A stretch of DNA of 51,058 nucleotides from positions 1-51,058 of IMG/VR virus record IMGVR_UViG_3300015203_000011; one strand, written 5' to 3'. The position numbers and the translations under genes were made by a program. Below, piece by piece: positions 33,263 through 43,174 of the stretch. Position 1 is the stretch's first letter, and every line of letters starts with the position of its first letter. The stretch comes from a virus. The notes below the pieces were generated by a model. That model was not told the origin of the DNA. It saw nothing but the letters and a program-made list of their open reading frames with translations, and did no database searches.

Positions 33263-34968
33263 GCCCAGTCGGTTTTTTTTAGTTGTTGTATTTTAGTTTC
33301 ATCACATAACTCAATATCAGCGAAAAGTATTTTTTGTGGTTGTTTTGTTGTTGCTTCTACATATTTAGCTTGCTCAATAGCCTCGTTAAATCCTTCCAAT
33401 GATTCTCGACATCCAAACATAATTTCAAAGTTCACCTCATCGGAAGTCTGACCCGAACGATGAGTTCTTCCTATTAGCTGCTCAAAAACAGAGCCACTTG
33501 GTGGGCAACTAACTATCAAATTGTTGTTATATTGCTGCAAGTTACGCCCTTCAGAATTCGAAGCAATGGAAGCAATTATGGGCCCTTTAGCATCCTCAAT
33601 CAATTGCTTATCTCTATTCATACCATTTTGTGAGTAAAAAGGCAAGCCCGTAGTTTGAGAAAGTTTCTCTCCAAAGGCTAAATGTTCTACCCAAGCAATT
33701 CCTTCGTTATTATTCAGCCATTTAGCAACTTGTAGTATCACATTGTCAGATCGCCATACGGCTTCAGTTACTGGTTCAAAACTATCTTTAATAGCTTTCC
33801 ATGTGTGATATTCAGGACTTACGTAATCTCCGGATGTTACAGCTTTGGCTACACGAAATTCAGTATCGATCCCTTTTCTGCTATGTGATACTATATTCCT
33901 TACGAAGGATGCCCATTCCTTACGTGCTGCTAGCCATTCCGCGGGGGGTCTATTAGTCCATCTATAGTAGAAACCATTGCTCAGTTCCCTACAATGTCTC
34001 CAAAAGGCCATAGCATCCATAAAATCAACCCCATCTGGGGTTTGCCATGTAGATCTAAGTGTTTCAAAATCCGATTGAATCTCTTCAATGGTGTGATTAA
34101 GTTCACATTTTAGGTATAGACTAGATCCGGTAAAGGTGTCAGAAGTGGCAACAACGCCGGGGGAGCCTGTTAGCCTATTGCGAAATCCTAGACGCGAAAA
34201 TTCTAGGCCGGCCTTCGGTTTTGTTGTGGCGATAGCTTGCTCTTCCGCTGTGCATAGTAACAATAGGCATCCAGGTTGTAACCGTTGCCACCCGAACGGT
34301 ATTTGTTCATCTAGGGCCAATGACCAATCTTTGACCTCACGCCAGCCCGTGGGGATTGGGGCTTTGTCTTTCAGGCACCATTTAAGGATGTGCCAATAGT
34401 CCATGATAGATTTTCTGGTTATGGTACCCGAAACAGCTAGCATTTTCGTATCCGGATTTTCTTTGAAGTAACGACCTACTCGTTTTGTGCATGCAGCTTT
34501 TAGGTTCTTCAGCTTGTGGCACTCATCTGCTACTACTAGATCAGGGTTGTAACTTATCAATTCCTTTTCCCCTCGATCTCTACTCAGAAGTTCATAACTC
34601 ATGACCTTAAGGTTGTTGGGTAGTTTGAAATGCTTTCCGTAGTTTTCAAGTTCCCTGTGTGTTTTAGCGACCAACTTAGCTGGTATTAAAAGTAAGGGTC
34701 GTTCTGCATTTACGACGGTTGCTGCTAAATAACTTATTAAACTTTTTCCATAACCTACGGCTATAGAACCAAAAAGACCGTCGTTGTCATGGAACTCTGA
34801 CAAAGCAACGGTCTGAATATGTCGAAGTTTCATCTTTCCGTCTGGAGTCTTCACATGTTCTGTAAGTAGGTCAGTTAGACGTTCGAGATTTTGAGTCTCC
34901 CAGTTCCTCATCGGGAGATTGAGGATACGATCAAATTCCTTTGTTCGTGAGACTCCTCGTTTTGTCAT
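33244..34968 (-). CDS. SF2 (SNF2/DEAD-like) helicase
   Basis: Motifs GYGKSL, VVADECH, SGT and QLIGRTHRSGQ. The ATG at 34968 forms an ATGA overlap with the upstream ORF. Confidence 0.8.
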   Translation of the reverse strand: MTKRGVSRTKEFDRILNLPMRNWETQNLERLTDLLTEHVKTPDGKMKLRHIQTVALSEFHDNDGLFGSIAVGYGKSLISYLAATVVNAERPLLLIPAKLVAKTHRELENYGKHFKLPNNLKVMSYELLSRDRGEKELISYNPDLVVADECHKLKNLKAACTKRVGRYFKENPDTKMLAVSGTITRKSIMDYWHILKWCLKDKAPIPTGWREVKDWSLALDEQIPFGWQRLQPGCLLLLCTAEEQAIATTKPKAGLEFSRLGFRNRLTGSPGVVATSDTFTGSSLYLKCELNHTIEEIQSDFETLRSTWQTPDGVDFMDAMAFWRHCRELSNGFYYRWTNRPPAEWLAARKEWASFVRNIVSHSRKGIDTEFRVAKAVTSGDYVSPEYHTWKAIKDSFEPVTEAVWRSDNVILQVAKWLNNNEGIAWVEHLAFGEKLSQTTGLPFYSQNGMNRDKQLIEDAKGPIIASIASNSEGRNLQQYNNNLIVSCPPSGSVFEQLIGRTHRSGQTSDEVNFEIMFGCRESLEGFNEAIEQAKYVEATTKQPQKILFADIELCDETKIQQLKKTDWAWKKVK

Positions 34969-35177
34969 ATTTGCTCTGAAGTCTCGAGATCTCTTTTCAA
35001 AAAGAGTAGGCAAGCCAATAGTTCTATGTCCGATGTATAGAATAATTCCTTGTCTATCTGTGTATCTGATTGATAGTCTGCATACATTAAGGAGTTTTGA
35101 ATGATTTGACCTACTCGAAGTTGCTGGTCTAAATCGTGAATATCCTGTATTACTCGGAGTATTTCTTGAGCTATCAT
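34965..35177 (-). CDS. Hypothetical protein
   Basis: 70-aa ORF. Confidence 0.45.
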   Translation of the reverse strand: MIAQEILRVIQDIHDLDQQLRVGQIIQNSLMYADYQSDTQIDKELFYTSDIELLACLLFLKRDLETSEQI

Positions 35178-35395
35178 GTAATACCTCCTATACTTTGAAC
35201 AGGTTCGTCATTCAGCCAAACAGCCACGAACTTGCACTTCAGTTCTTTTTGTTTATGTTCTAGACAGGTTTGAATGTAGAGGTTCGTAACATCCGACGTT
35301 GAGAATTGTAGGTACTCAGTCAGTGAGGCGTTCTTTAGAAACTTTACATCTGCTTTTCCGTTAGCAAGTTTCGTATGTCTAGCTATGAACCACAT
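35174..35395 (-). CDS. Hypothetical protein
   Basis: 73-aa ORF. Confidence 0.5.
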   Translation of the reverse strand: MWFIARHTKLANGKADVKFLKNASLTEYLQFSTSDVTNLYIQTCLEHKQKELKCKFVAVWLNDEPVQSIGGIT

Positions 35396-35464
35396 CTTCG
35401 AAGCCTATTGTTAATTCTTCATATCCTTTGAAGTCTTTTGAGAATATCATTTTTTCAAACTCGG

Positions 35465-36211
35465 TCATATCTGTTCCTTTTTCTTTGCTCCTCGAAATAC
35501 ACTGGAACATTTTCTACACTTCTTTGTATCGTAGACTGTTTTGCCTTGGAACCAAGGTTTTTTCAAGATAATAATCCATTTGCTTGTGCAAACAGGGCAA
35601 CCGTCTTTTTGACCGAAAGCGAAATTGGGATGATTGGGAGCGAACTTGCGTTCATGCATATACAGTTCACGTAGTGTTACTACGTCGCCCTTACCGTATC
35701 GTGTCATGTCTTTCATGGCCTTCATATTACTTCGCATAACACCTACCCAAAAATCATTTTTTGACTCTAGTTTGGGGGTTAGTCTAAGTAGTTTTGCAAG
35801 ATAACGTAATGAACTGCTATTAACCCGATAGATTTGTCTGGCCATGATACATGTATCGATGAGTTTTGTTCGTTGCATGTGTTGAGCAGCATCATCTAAG
35901 CCTGAAAGAATGAAGCGAGTGCGTAAAATTGGCTTATCGAAGCCTGAACCATAATGAGCTACAAGAACATCTGCTTCTAGAATAACTTTTGCAGCTGCTT
36001 GCAAAAGTTTCTTATCATTAAATGGGTCTTTTTTGAAGTCTGCTGGAAATGCTGAAAGGTCTATAGATTGAACTTTTCCTTTGTCTCCCCAGGCGTACAG
36101 GAAGGAGCAGACTGCGGTATCCTCGGATCGGATCCTTTCGCGAGATGTAGTGAAAGGTTTCGCTATAGTCTCGAGGTCAAAGAAAAGTATTTTTAAATTA
36201 CTGGTCGTCAT
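35465..36211 (-). CDS. DEDD-type 3'-5' exonuclease with C-terminal Cys4 finger
   Basis: Motifs FFDLET, HYGSGFDKPIL, YGKGDV and CPVC...CRKC. Confidence 0.7.
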   Translation of the reverse strand: MTTSNLKILFFDLETIAKPFTTSRERIRSEDTAVCSFLYAWGDKGKVQSIDLSAFPADFKKDPFNDKKLLQAAAKVILEADVLVAHYGSGFDKPILRTRFILSGLDDAAQHMQRTKLIDTCIMARQIYRVNSSSLRYLAKLLRLTPKLESKNDFWVGVMRSNMKAMKDMTRYGKGDVVTLRELYMHERKFAPNHPNFAFGQKDGCPVCTSKWIIILKKPWFQGKTVYDTKKCRKCSSVFRGAKKKEQI

Positions 36212-36353
36212 TAGAATCCTTTATTTTTATCATGGATTTGGCAACGTCTTTCATAAATTCATCCATGTAATCGTAACCTTCTTGCGCTGTTTCGACCTCT
36301 ACTACCGGTTCCCAATGTAGAGTGTCTTCATTGAATACGCGTACTAGCCACAT
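36198..36353 (-). CDS. 51-aa hypothetical protein (not in ORF track)
   Basis: Manual translation gives MWLVRVFNEDTLHWEPVVEVETAQEGYDYMDEF... Confidence 0.35.
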   Translation of the reverse strand: MWLVRVFNEDTLHWEPVVEVETAQEGYDYMDEFMKDVAKSMIKIKDSNDDQ

Positions 36354-36356
36354 ATG

Positions 36357-36626
36357 TCAACTCCGTGTATCTTTATCCAGAACAGAGACCGGACCATTTT
36401 CCAATGCTTTTTTGTCTTCGTAAGGTGCTGCTAGCATGCGATAGCATTCCAATTTTGCGCATTCCAATACACCAATTACGGCATTTAGTGCAGTATAACT
36501 TACACCACCATTGCGTTCTAGGTAGCTATGTACCAGTTTGCTTATCAGAAAATTCAGTTCGCCAACGTTTTCTGGAGAATGTGATTCGGTTACCTGCTTG
36601 CGCTGATATGGGGCAATGTATGGCAT
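36357..36626 (-). CDS. Conserved phage hypothetical protein
   Basis: GELNFLISKL...VIGVLECAKLECYRMLAAPYEDKK looks like a recurring phage family that I cannot name. Confidence 0.5.
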   Translation of the reverse strand: MPYIAPYQRKQVTESHSPENVGELNFLISKLVHSYLERNGGVSYTALNAVIGVLECAKLECYRMLAAPYEDKKALENGPVSVLDKDTRS

Positions 36627-37042
36627 TAGACCACCTCTGCATGTACTGACTTAGCTTTTGGGGCTTTCGACTTGCGCTTAGCCCTAGGTTCATCGATTTG
36701 TTTACCTTCAACATCGAAATACTTGACAGGAATACCGGATTTAATAGCAAATTTAATTTCGGCTGTAACCCCTACAGACTCTTTCCAACCGTCCATGGTT
36801 ACTACCCATACCTCATCTGACTTGCTGATGGCGTAGAGGTCTATATCACGCCAATTAGCGAAAGAACCACCCAATGCAGGTATCATCTTCACTAGTTGGT
36901 AGGATTGGGTAATTGGTAGAAAAAAGCAGTTTCCTGTATTCAGGGTTAGGTAAGCTGCTACCTTCGTGATGAGCTTGTAGCGGCTTGTCTGGACCTTTGG
37001 GTCTTTGTCAGAATAGGGGGAGGCAAGGTATATAAGCTTCAT
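36626..37042 (-). CDS. DUF1937 / nucleoside 2-deoxyribosyltransferase-like protein
   Basis: MKLIYLASPYS start, then DEVWVV..GW..S.G...E. Confidence 0.6.
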   Translation of the reverse strand: MKLIYLASPYSDKDPKVQTSRYKLITKVAAYLTLNTGNCFFLPITQSYQLVKMIPALGGSFANWRDIDLYAISKSDEVWVVTMDGWKESVGVTAEIKFAIKSGIPVKYFDVEGKQIDEPRAKRKSKAPKAKSVHAEVV

Positions 37043-37054
37043 AGTAGGTAAACT

Positions 37055-37456
37055 CTACTCTTTTTCCAAGTTTTTGTCAAGTTTTGGTTTGATCCATCGA
37101 TCGTCGAGGTCATTTCTTCCGAAATGCGTTTGCACTGCGATGTTCATAAGATTGAAAAAGGCTGCATTTATGTGGGAACCAACTACCTTTTTACCATCTT
37201 CCAGCGTGTCTACGTAGGTGTCTTCCCCGCTATCCCAGGCTGCTAGGTGTCGCATTAAGGCAGCTTTGGATTGCATGAAAGAAATGCCTTTGAACCAATT
37301 ATGGCGATCGTAGCCCTTTTCTGAACCTGCTTCTAAAGGTTCTGCTAGCAATGCTAGCACTACCAAAGGGACCATGTCCAATTGGGCCTTTCCTTGGTTG
37401 TCTTTGCAGCCGCCGTGTTTCGTCTTTTCAATCTTAACTACGCGATTTTTTGTCAT
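37055..37456 (-). CDS. dATP/dGTP diphosphohydrolase N-terminal-like (DUF5664-like) protein
   Basis: Motifs DNQGKAQLDMVP, KGYDRHNWFKG, RHLAAW and GSHINAAFFNLMNI. Confidence 0.5.
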   Translation of the reverse strand: MTKNRVVKIEKTKHGGCKDNQGKAQLDMVPLVVLALLAEPLEAGSEKGYDRHNWFKGISFMQSKAALMRHLAAWDSGEDTYVDTLEDGKKVVGSHINAAFFNLMNIAVQTHFGRNDLDDRWIKPKLDKNLEKE

Positions 37457-37749
37457 TCTAAGGCATCTCGTGTGGCTTTTTCTTGTGTAATTAGTGGACT
37501 ATACTTTTTAATAACTTTTTCTAACTCTTCCTGAGCATGTTCAAATTCCCACATTTTGTCCTTTACTCTCGAGGAATGTATGTGAAAATCAGAATTTTCT
37601 TTAAAATACAGTTCTAGTTGCTCTCTGACTTTTTGTTTTGTATACTCGACCATGTCGGTAAAATTAGCAATTATATTTTCATACCCTTCTAGTTTTGTGA
37701 GTTCTTTTGATACTCTTTTTTTCATTTGATCAATCCCACCACAATACAA
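37453..37749 (-). CDS. Hypothetical protein
   Basis: 98-aa ORF. Confidence 0.5.
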   Translation of the reverse strand: MYCGGIDQMKKRVSKELTKLEGYENIIANFTDMVEYTKQKVREQLELYFKENSDFHIHSSRVKDKMWEFEHAQEELEKVIKKYSPLITQEKATRDALE

Positions 37750-38272
37750 TATATTTATTGAGGGTTTGGAAGAGTAGTGTTAAATCTGCTTTTTTGACTT
37801 CATTTGCCTTTTTATAGATTCTTTGAACTTCATCTGATTCTTTTTTGTAATTTTCTGGAGTTTTTACATTCGCTCTTTCAAGGAAAAGTTGAGAATGTTG
37901 ACCACCCTCTCCATCTTCAACACGTTCGAATCTCATTTCCAATTCGCCCCATTTAGCATCATGCAGTTCCATGTCATGCTTATCATACTCACCTAATTGC
38001 AATCTTTTAAGGATTGTATGGCATATTTTTATTCGATCGGCGTCCTTGTTACAACTAAGGTGGTTTCCATTACGTAGACATTTTTCCATGCGTTTCAGTT
38101 TGTGTTCCATCAAGGCAAAAAAGTAAAAGTGATCCCAGTCGTGGTCGTACCATAGAATCGGAATGTAGGCAATTACAGTTTTTATACGTTGAATCGGTGC
38201 ATAGATATGCGTCGAATGGAAATTTTTAATCCCGTAATGCACATTCCAAAATAGGTCTCGGAGTTTTTTCAT
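37730..38272 (-). CDS. Hypothetical protein
   Basis: 180-aa ORF. Confidence 0.5.
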   Translation of the reverse strand: MKKLRDLFWNVHYGIKNFHSTHIYAPIQRIKTVIAYIPILWYDHDWDHFYFFALMEHKLKRMEKCLRNGNHLSCNKDADRIKICHTILKRLQLGEYDKHDMELHDAKWGELEMRFERVEDGEGGQHSQLFLERANVKTPENYKKESDEVQRIYKKANEVKKADLTLLFQTLNKYIVLWWD

Positions 38273-38529
38273 TCCAAACTCTCCGGTCTGCCGGAATACA
38301 ATTTCTTGATTTCGGGTTGTACTAAATCTAGATGCACATCAAAGGTATCAATGACGTTTAGCATCTGTTCTCGAAGAGCCTGTCTTCGGTCAGTATAGGC
38401 ATATGTTAATGAGTACTCATGGTCGAAGTAATGTGATGCGGCATAGACTAGTTGTCTAAGATACCAATCTTCTAGTTCATGAAGGTAGGCCATTTTTTCT
38501 AGATCACCTTCGCCCTTTAAATATTCCAT
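38269..38529 (-). CDS. Hypothetical protein
   Basis: 86-aa ORF. Confidence 0.5.
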   Translation of the reverse strand: MEYLKGEGDLEKMAYLHELEDWYLRQLVYAASHYFDHEYSLTYAYTDRRQALREQMLNVIDTFDVHLDLVQPEIKKLYSGRPESLE

Positions 38530-39716
38530 TATTTTACTCCTTGAACGACCTTCCCTGCGTGAGAGATCATGATATCAATGGCATCCTGACCTTCTTTTCC
38601 ACTAGTATTCAATAGAATGGTTACATCTTCACTTTGTGGATTTTCATCTAAGTATTTATCCAAAGTTGTTAAGAAAACTGCGCGACCTTCGTAGGGGATA
38701 AAATTGTAATGTCCGACACTCTTTTCGGTTGATATTCGTTTGAAGACTGGCTTGAGAAAATCCATAAATTCTATACAATTTATACCTTTACGAGGTATGC
38801 AATCAATTAATAAAGTAAATTTTTCTGATTTTGGAGCTGTTACTGAAGCTTGTAAGGATTCATCCTTTAATAACTCAACTGGTGACGCAGTGACACCTGT
38901 TACTGCATTGGTCGGTAGTGACAGCTGCTTTGGGGGGTTTATGCCACTTGCAAGCTCTTCAAGTACTTCTGAAAGTTGTCGTTTATCTGTCATTTTCATT
39001 CCTTTGGTGCCTACCAGTACTGCCGCACACTGTCCAAACGCCCTACAACCACCTACTGGTGGGTCAAAATCTGAGGCGGTCTTGCCTTCAAGTTTAGCTT
39101 TTTGCATCTCTTTACAGTCATTCAAGACAAGACTAACATAGTTCATAACGAAAGGCAAGTCTGTTTCAATCTGCACAAGCCTTGATTCAGGTACGCCTGC
39201 GGTCTTGTAGTAAATCCATTTTAGGAATGCCTTTTCCTCTTGAAACTTTGAGAGTATGAAAGCGGCATAAATATTGGCTTGAATGTTGTTTTTTAGTGCT
39301 TGTGGGGTCAAAGCATAGTTGAAACTCTTGGTGGTCTTGTGGTCACAAACGTAGAGACCGCTATCATCCTTATAGAACATGTCGATGTAACCACCGAACT
39401 TAAATCCATCTTTTTCGAATACGAAACCTTGTTCAACTTTCGCCGTTCCTGGCTTTGGTAGGTGCTTGATGCCAGCAAGCAGCATCTGCCCGTACTTAGT
39501 GGATGGCTTGATTGGAATACCGTAATCTAGGTACTGTTCCAGTAATTTATGAAGATCCTGACCGCGCTTCGCAGCGAAGTTTTCTGGCTTTTCTCTCTTA
39601 TCTAGATACTTAAAAGCCCAGCAGATCTTGCACTGTCTATAGGTGCTTATCTGACTGGGACTGAAATAGTCTCGCTGAGACGCCTCTTGGTCAAGTATGG
39701 TTACATATTTACTCAC
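38529..39716 (-). CDS. PD-(D/E)XK (Cas4/RecB-like) nuclease, DUF2800-like
   Basis: FSPSQISTYRQCKICW, GGYIDMFY and VCDHKTTK, with a distal GGCRAFGQC cysteine pair. Confidence 0.65.
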   Translation of the reverse strand: MSKYVTILDQEASQRDYFSPSQISTYRQCKICWAFKYLDKREKPENFAAKRGQDLHKLLEQYLDYGIPIKPSTKYGQMLLAGIKHLPKPGTAKVEQGFVFEKDGFKFGGYIDMFYKDDSGLYVCDHKTTKSFNYALTPQALKNNIQANIYAAFILSKFQEEKAFLKWIYYKTAGVPESRLVQIETDLPFVMNYVSLVLNDCKEMQKAKLEGKTASDFDPPVGGCRAFGQCAAVLVGTKGMKMTDKRQLSEVLEELASGINPPKQLSLPTNAVTGVTASPVELLKDESLQASVTAPKSEKFTLLIDCIPRKGINCIEFMDFLKPVFKRISTEKSVGHYNFIPYEGRAVFLTTLDKYLDENPQSEDVTILLNTSGKEGQDAIDIMISHAGKVVQGVK

Positions 39717-40249
39717 ACTTCATTTCCCCAGCAGTCCCAACCTTCGGCCTTTTCTCTTGCGAATAGCTCGATTTTTCCTTGCATAGGAAACATTAATTCA
39801 ATACGTTTTCGTACTTCATCTGGTTTTTTACTATGCTCTCTTCTTTTTTCGCTAAGGAACTGTCGTATGTTCCTTGCACCTCGAGGTTTTGGAATACTTC
39901 CTTTACAGAAAACTAAACAAATCTCACATTCAGACATCGTGTAATAACCTGGATTTGGCCTCTCTTTATTCCAGATGAATGCAATAGTTTTATATTTAAA
40001 GCCCCATGAATTTCCTAACTCTATAGCTTCTTCGAGGTGGGGATTAGATGTCCACATAAATAGGATGCAGTTTTTTTCTGAGATTTCGGGTATTGGTAAC
40101 TTTTTTAAATCTGGGGTTGGCACTGTGGGATAGTGTACGAATGCACTACCCGTGCTTTCTTTTCCATTATGTTGGATACTGCCTTTATAGAACCATGGTG
40201 GGTCGGCGTAAATAACAGCATATTTTTTCTCTGGAAGTGCTGCAAACAT
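39713..40249 (-). CDS. MT-A70 family N6-adenine DNA methyltransferase
   Basis: VIYADPPWFY (DPPW motif). Confidence 0.85.
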   Translation of the reverse strand: MFAALPEKKYAVIYADPPWFYKGSIQHNGKESTGSAFVHYPTVPTPDLKKLPIPEISEKNCILFMWTSNPHLEEAIELGNSWGFKYKTIAFIWNKERPNPGYYTMSECEICLVFCKGSIPKPRGARNIRQFLSEKRREHSKKPDEVRKRIELMFPMQGKIELFAREKAEGWDCWGNEV

Positions 40250-40758
40250 TACACAAGTCCATTTTTCTTTTTAAACTTCAACATTTTCTTTTTTACAATA
40301 TTTTGTTTAAGGGTAGACAGCTCATCAATGAAGAGATGGCCACTTAAATGATCCATTTCGTGTTGTATAATAACGGCATTTTGCCCGTAAAAATGTCTTT
40401 CTTGAGCATTTCCTTCCAAATCAGTATATTTCAATCGAACAGTTGCATGTCGTTTTACGATGTCTGCAAATCTTGGTATTGAAAGGCAGCCCTCTTGACT
40501 ATCTACCTTCTCGACTGACATTTCTGCTATTTCTGGATTTATGAAAACTGAAGGTATTTCTTCACCATCGATTTTCGCTATGAAAATAGCATCACTCAGA
40601 AAAACTTGATTGGCAGCAAGGCCCACCCCGCCAATTCTCTCCAGCGTCTTGTTCATAAGTAATACTTTATCATTCAATAAACTATCTGGAAGGACTACCT
40701 GTTTTGCGTGTTTTCTGAGGCTAGCGTGAGGATGTAAGGATAATATTTGTTGGTTCAT
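40249..40758 (-). CDS. def: Peptide deformylase
   Basis: All three PDF motifs are present: GVGLAANQ, EGCLSIP and HEMDHL. Confidence 0.9.
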   Translation of the reverse strand: MNQQILSLHPHASLRKHAKQVVLPDSLLNDKVLLMNKTLERIGGVGLAANQVFLSDAIFIAKIDGEEIPSVFINPEIAEMSVEKVDSQEGCLSIPRFADIVKRHATVRLKYTDLEGNAQERHFYGQNAVIIQHEMDHLSGHLFIDELSTLKQNIVKKKMLKFKKKNGLV

Positions 40759-43166
40759 TGAATGTCCCTTGGTAGTGGAGGTGGTTTTTGTTCACCTCTG
40801 ACGATAGTATTGACTGAGGTCAACGAAAGTAGTTCGTCTCTTGTGGAGTAGTTATTCATTTCTGCCCATGCTACAAGATTGTCAAAATCTACATGCCAGA
40901 AACGTAATACTTCTTTGTTAATTTTAATAGATTTTTTCTCTTTTTTGCATATTCGAATCAGGGCTTTAGATGTTTTTGATGGTGTTGGTGGCAGAGTATG
41001 CGTATCGTACATCGTCCAATAATCGTTCAGGGCCTTAGCAGTTACATAAATTTCGTTGTCCCTTACCAAGACCTGACCCTTGCTCTGAGCATCCACTTTT
41101 GCTGGACTTTGAAGATAACTCACAAGCCAATGGCAGATGTTAGAAGGTAGACCTGTTCCTATGGCCATTCTGCGGTGGAACTGGGAGTTCGTAGTGTCGA
41201 TTATGAATCTACTCTTGTTTTCAATAACTCGATTTTCTACAAGCCAGAGCGCATAGGCTGCTATTCTATCGTCTTTTATGAAACTGGCAACTGTATCCCA
41301 GCCCAGACCTTCGAGGAATTCTTTGACCTCTTTGTTATTACAATTGATGTATAGGAAACGTCCTGCTATGGCGTTGATATCCTCTTGTGACAGATCCTCG
41401 TGTGTTCCTAGCAGGTCGGCGTTATTGGCTGCCAGAATGAGTCTAATGCAGCCCTTTAGCTGCATTTCTAGCTTGAACTTACGTCTCAACTGTCTAGTCT
41501 CGGCCTGAATGAACTCTCTAAGTTCACCAGTATTGCCATTTTTACGAAAAGTGGACGGCATTACTTCATCTGCAACGATTAAAGGGCACCTACTTAGGGT
41601 TTCATTGAAGCCTTCCCCCATGGCTTGACCTAGTTTTGGTGGTGCTCCTTGACCCCAAATTCTGGCAAGTCCATCAAATAGTAGACTTTTTCCATATCCG
41701 GCATCGCTATGAAGGTATAGGGCAACAGAAGGTCTTGAAAGATCTGTTATGGAGGCCATGAAATCCTTGAGCTGCCCCTCTTGTTCCCCAGCTAATAACT
41801 CAATATATTTTTCAACTAGTGGGTCATATTTCGGTTGAATGTTTCGTCTTGGGGCCGTTGCTTCAATAAAAGTTTTTATTTTTTCATTGTACTTTGATTT
41901 TTGAACTGTAAGATCAGCTTCGATAGTGAAGCATGGACTTCCGTAATCAATGGTTAATTCCGTAATTGACTTCGCTGTAACATTACCTCTTGAACGAACT
42001 GCTTCAGTGGACACTCCTGCCGTTATTGCTGGAGCTAAAAATGTATCGCATGCATTTAATAGGTCCTTCTCGGTAATAGGAGGCAGATAAGACCCATTGA
42101 AGAAGATGTAATAGGTACCACAACTGTGAATGATCCAACGTTTTTTGAACTGCTGGGAATTACACTCCGCATCGTCGTAAAACGATTGAAGTTCTTCTGG
42201 GGTATAGGGGTGTGTTCTTTGAGCATCACTTCCGAATGCTACAAGGATTTTTTGAGCTATGGCATTATCTAACTCTGCCTGTATTGCTTGCTTTTCTTCT
42301 AATAATTGTTCTTTAGCTCTGCGTAATTTATCTTCAAACCAACCTGGTTTATTGGAACTCGGGTTATCTAATTGCATTACTGCAATGCTACTCAAAAAAA
42401 TATTTGTTACATTTTGAATATCGCAAGTAGGAAATTCCTTAACGATAGCGTGCGCAATCTTGAAGAGCATGTTATCTCTTTCGCCTATTGGAGCTATTGG
42501 ATTTCCTTTCAAAGCTTGTAGTATTGCTTGAGAAATGCCCTTTGAGGAGTCGCCTAGTCTTCGTTGTAATTTATATGCTAGTTGTCTAAGATCTTCAGAG
42601 TCTAGTTTCTTAATACCCGAAAAATCTTGATTCAACAACCAATCTACATCGAAAGCGTTTCCTTCGTGTTGTTTAATCCAATGAGGCCCATCTCCATCAA
42701 CCGCGGGGAAGTAATATCCTCGTTGAATATCCTTCGCTGACTGATCTATGACTTTATCAAAATACAAATTTAACTTGTTCCAAAATTTGGACCATTCTAA
42801 TTTATCTACAGGTCTTGATAGCGGAAATAGGAATCGAACACGGTGTTGGTCATTTAATTCCTTTTCTCGGGAATGTGACCATGAAGTGTAACTAATATAG
42901 GACGTTTCTTCTAGCTTTTTTTCAATATCCCTCATTTGAGCCAATGAAACATCATCTAGATCTATAACACCTAAATGGGCTTGTATCGCTGTGTTATTGC
43001 TGTGAGGCTGTCCGGGTTTGAACTCGGCGGCTGAAAACATGGGGACATCTTTTTTGGATGTATAGCGTGTTTCGTGTTTAGAAAAAAGTTTCTTTAACTC
43101 GTCCCAAGAAATCTCCTCCTGCGCAACAACTCGACTGCTGTATGTTTCCAAAATCGATATTTTCAC
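40755..43166 (-). CDS. Primase / SF3-type helicase (D5/P4-like)
   Basis: 803 aa. The C-terminal half has a P-loop (SDAGYGKSL) and IVADEV. The N-terminal half has prim-pol-like acidic motifs (VIDLDD). Confidence 0.7.
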   Translation of the reverse strand: MKISILETYSSRVVAQEEISWDELKKLFSKHETRYTSKKDVPMFSAAEFKPGQPHSNNTAIQAHLGVIDLDDVSLAQMRDIEKKLEETSYISYTSWSHSREKELNDQHRVRFLFPLSRPVDKLEWSKFWNKLNLYFDKVIDQSAKDIQRGYYFPAVDGDGPHWIKQHEGNAFDVDWLLNQDFSGIKKLDSEDLRQLAYKLQRRLGDSSKGISQAILQALKGNPIAPIGERDNMLFKIAHAIVKEFPTCDIQNVTNIFLSSIAVMQLDNPSSNKPGWFEDKLRRAKEQLLEEKQAIQAELDNAIAQKILVAFGSDAQRTHPYTPEELQSFYDDAECNSQQFKKRWIIHSCGTYYIFFNGSYLPPITEKDLLNACDTFLAPAITAGVSTEAVRSRGNVTAKSITELTIDYGSPCFTIEADLTVQKSKYNEKIKTFIEATAPRRNIQPKYDPLVEKYIELLAGEQEGQLKDFMASITDLSRPSVALYLHSDAGYGKSLLFDGLARIWGQGAPPKLGQAMGEGFNETLSRCPLIVADEVMPSTFRKNGNTGELREFIQAETRQLRRKFKLEMQLKGCIRLILAANNADLLGTHEDLSQEDINAIAGRFLYINCNNKEVKEFLEGLGWDTVASFIKDDRIAAYALWLVENRVIENKSRFIIDTTNSQFHRRMAIGTGLPSNICHWLVSYLQSPAKVDAQSKGQVLVRDNEIYVTAKALNDYWTMYDTHTLPPTPSKTSKALIRICKKEKKSIKINKEVLRFWHVDFDNLVAWAEMNNYSTRDELLSLTSVNTIVRGEQKPPPLPRDIQ

Positions 43167-43174
43167 ATTATGGC

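Noticed and set aside
35379-35468. 29-aa ORF bridging the exonuclease gene and the 35395 gene
   Set aside because: It is ATGA-coupled at its start, but it is very short, has no SD or distinctive composition, and overlaps the next gene. The support is too weak to list it as a feature.
37055-37456. 2-aminoadenine (Z-genome) or other hypermodification pathway
   Set aside because: Only a DUF5664-like domain protein is present. No PurZ-like synthetase, HD-type dATPase or base-modifying enzyme was recognised.
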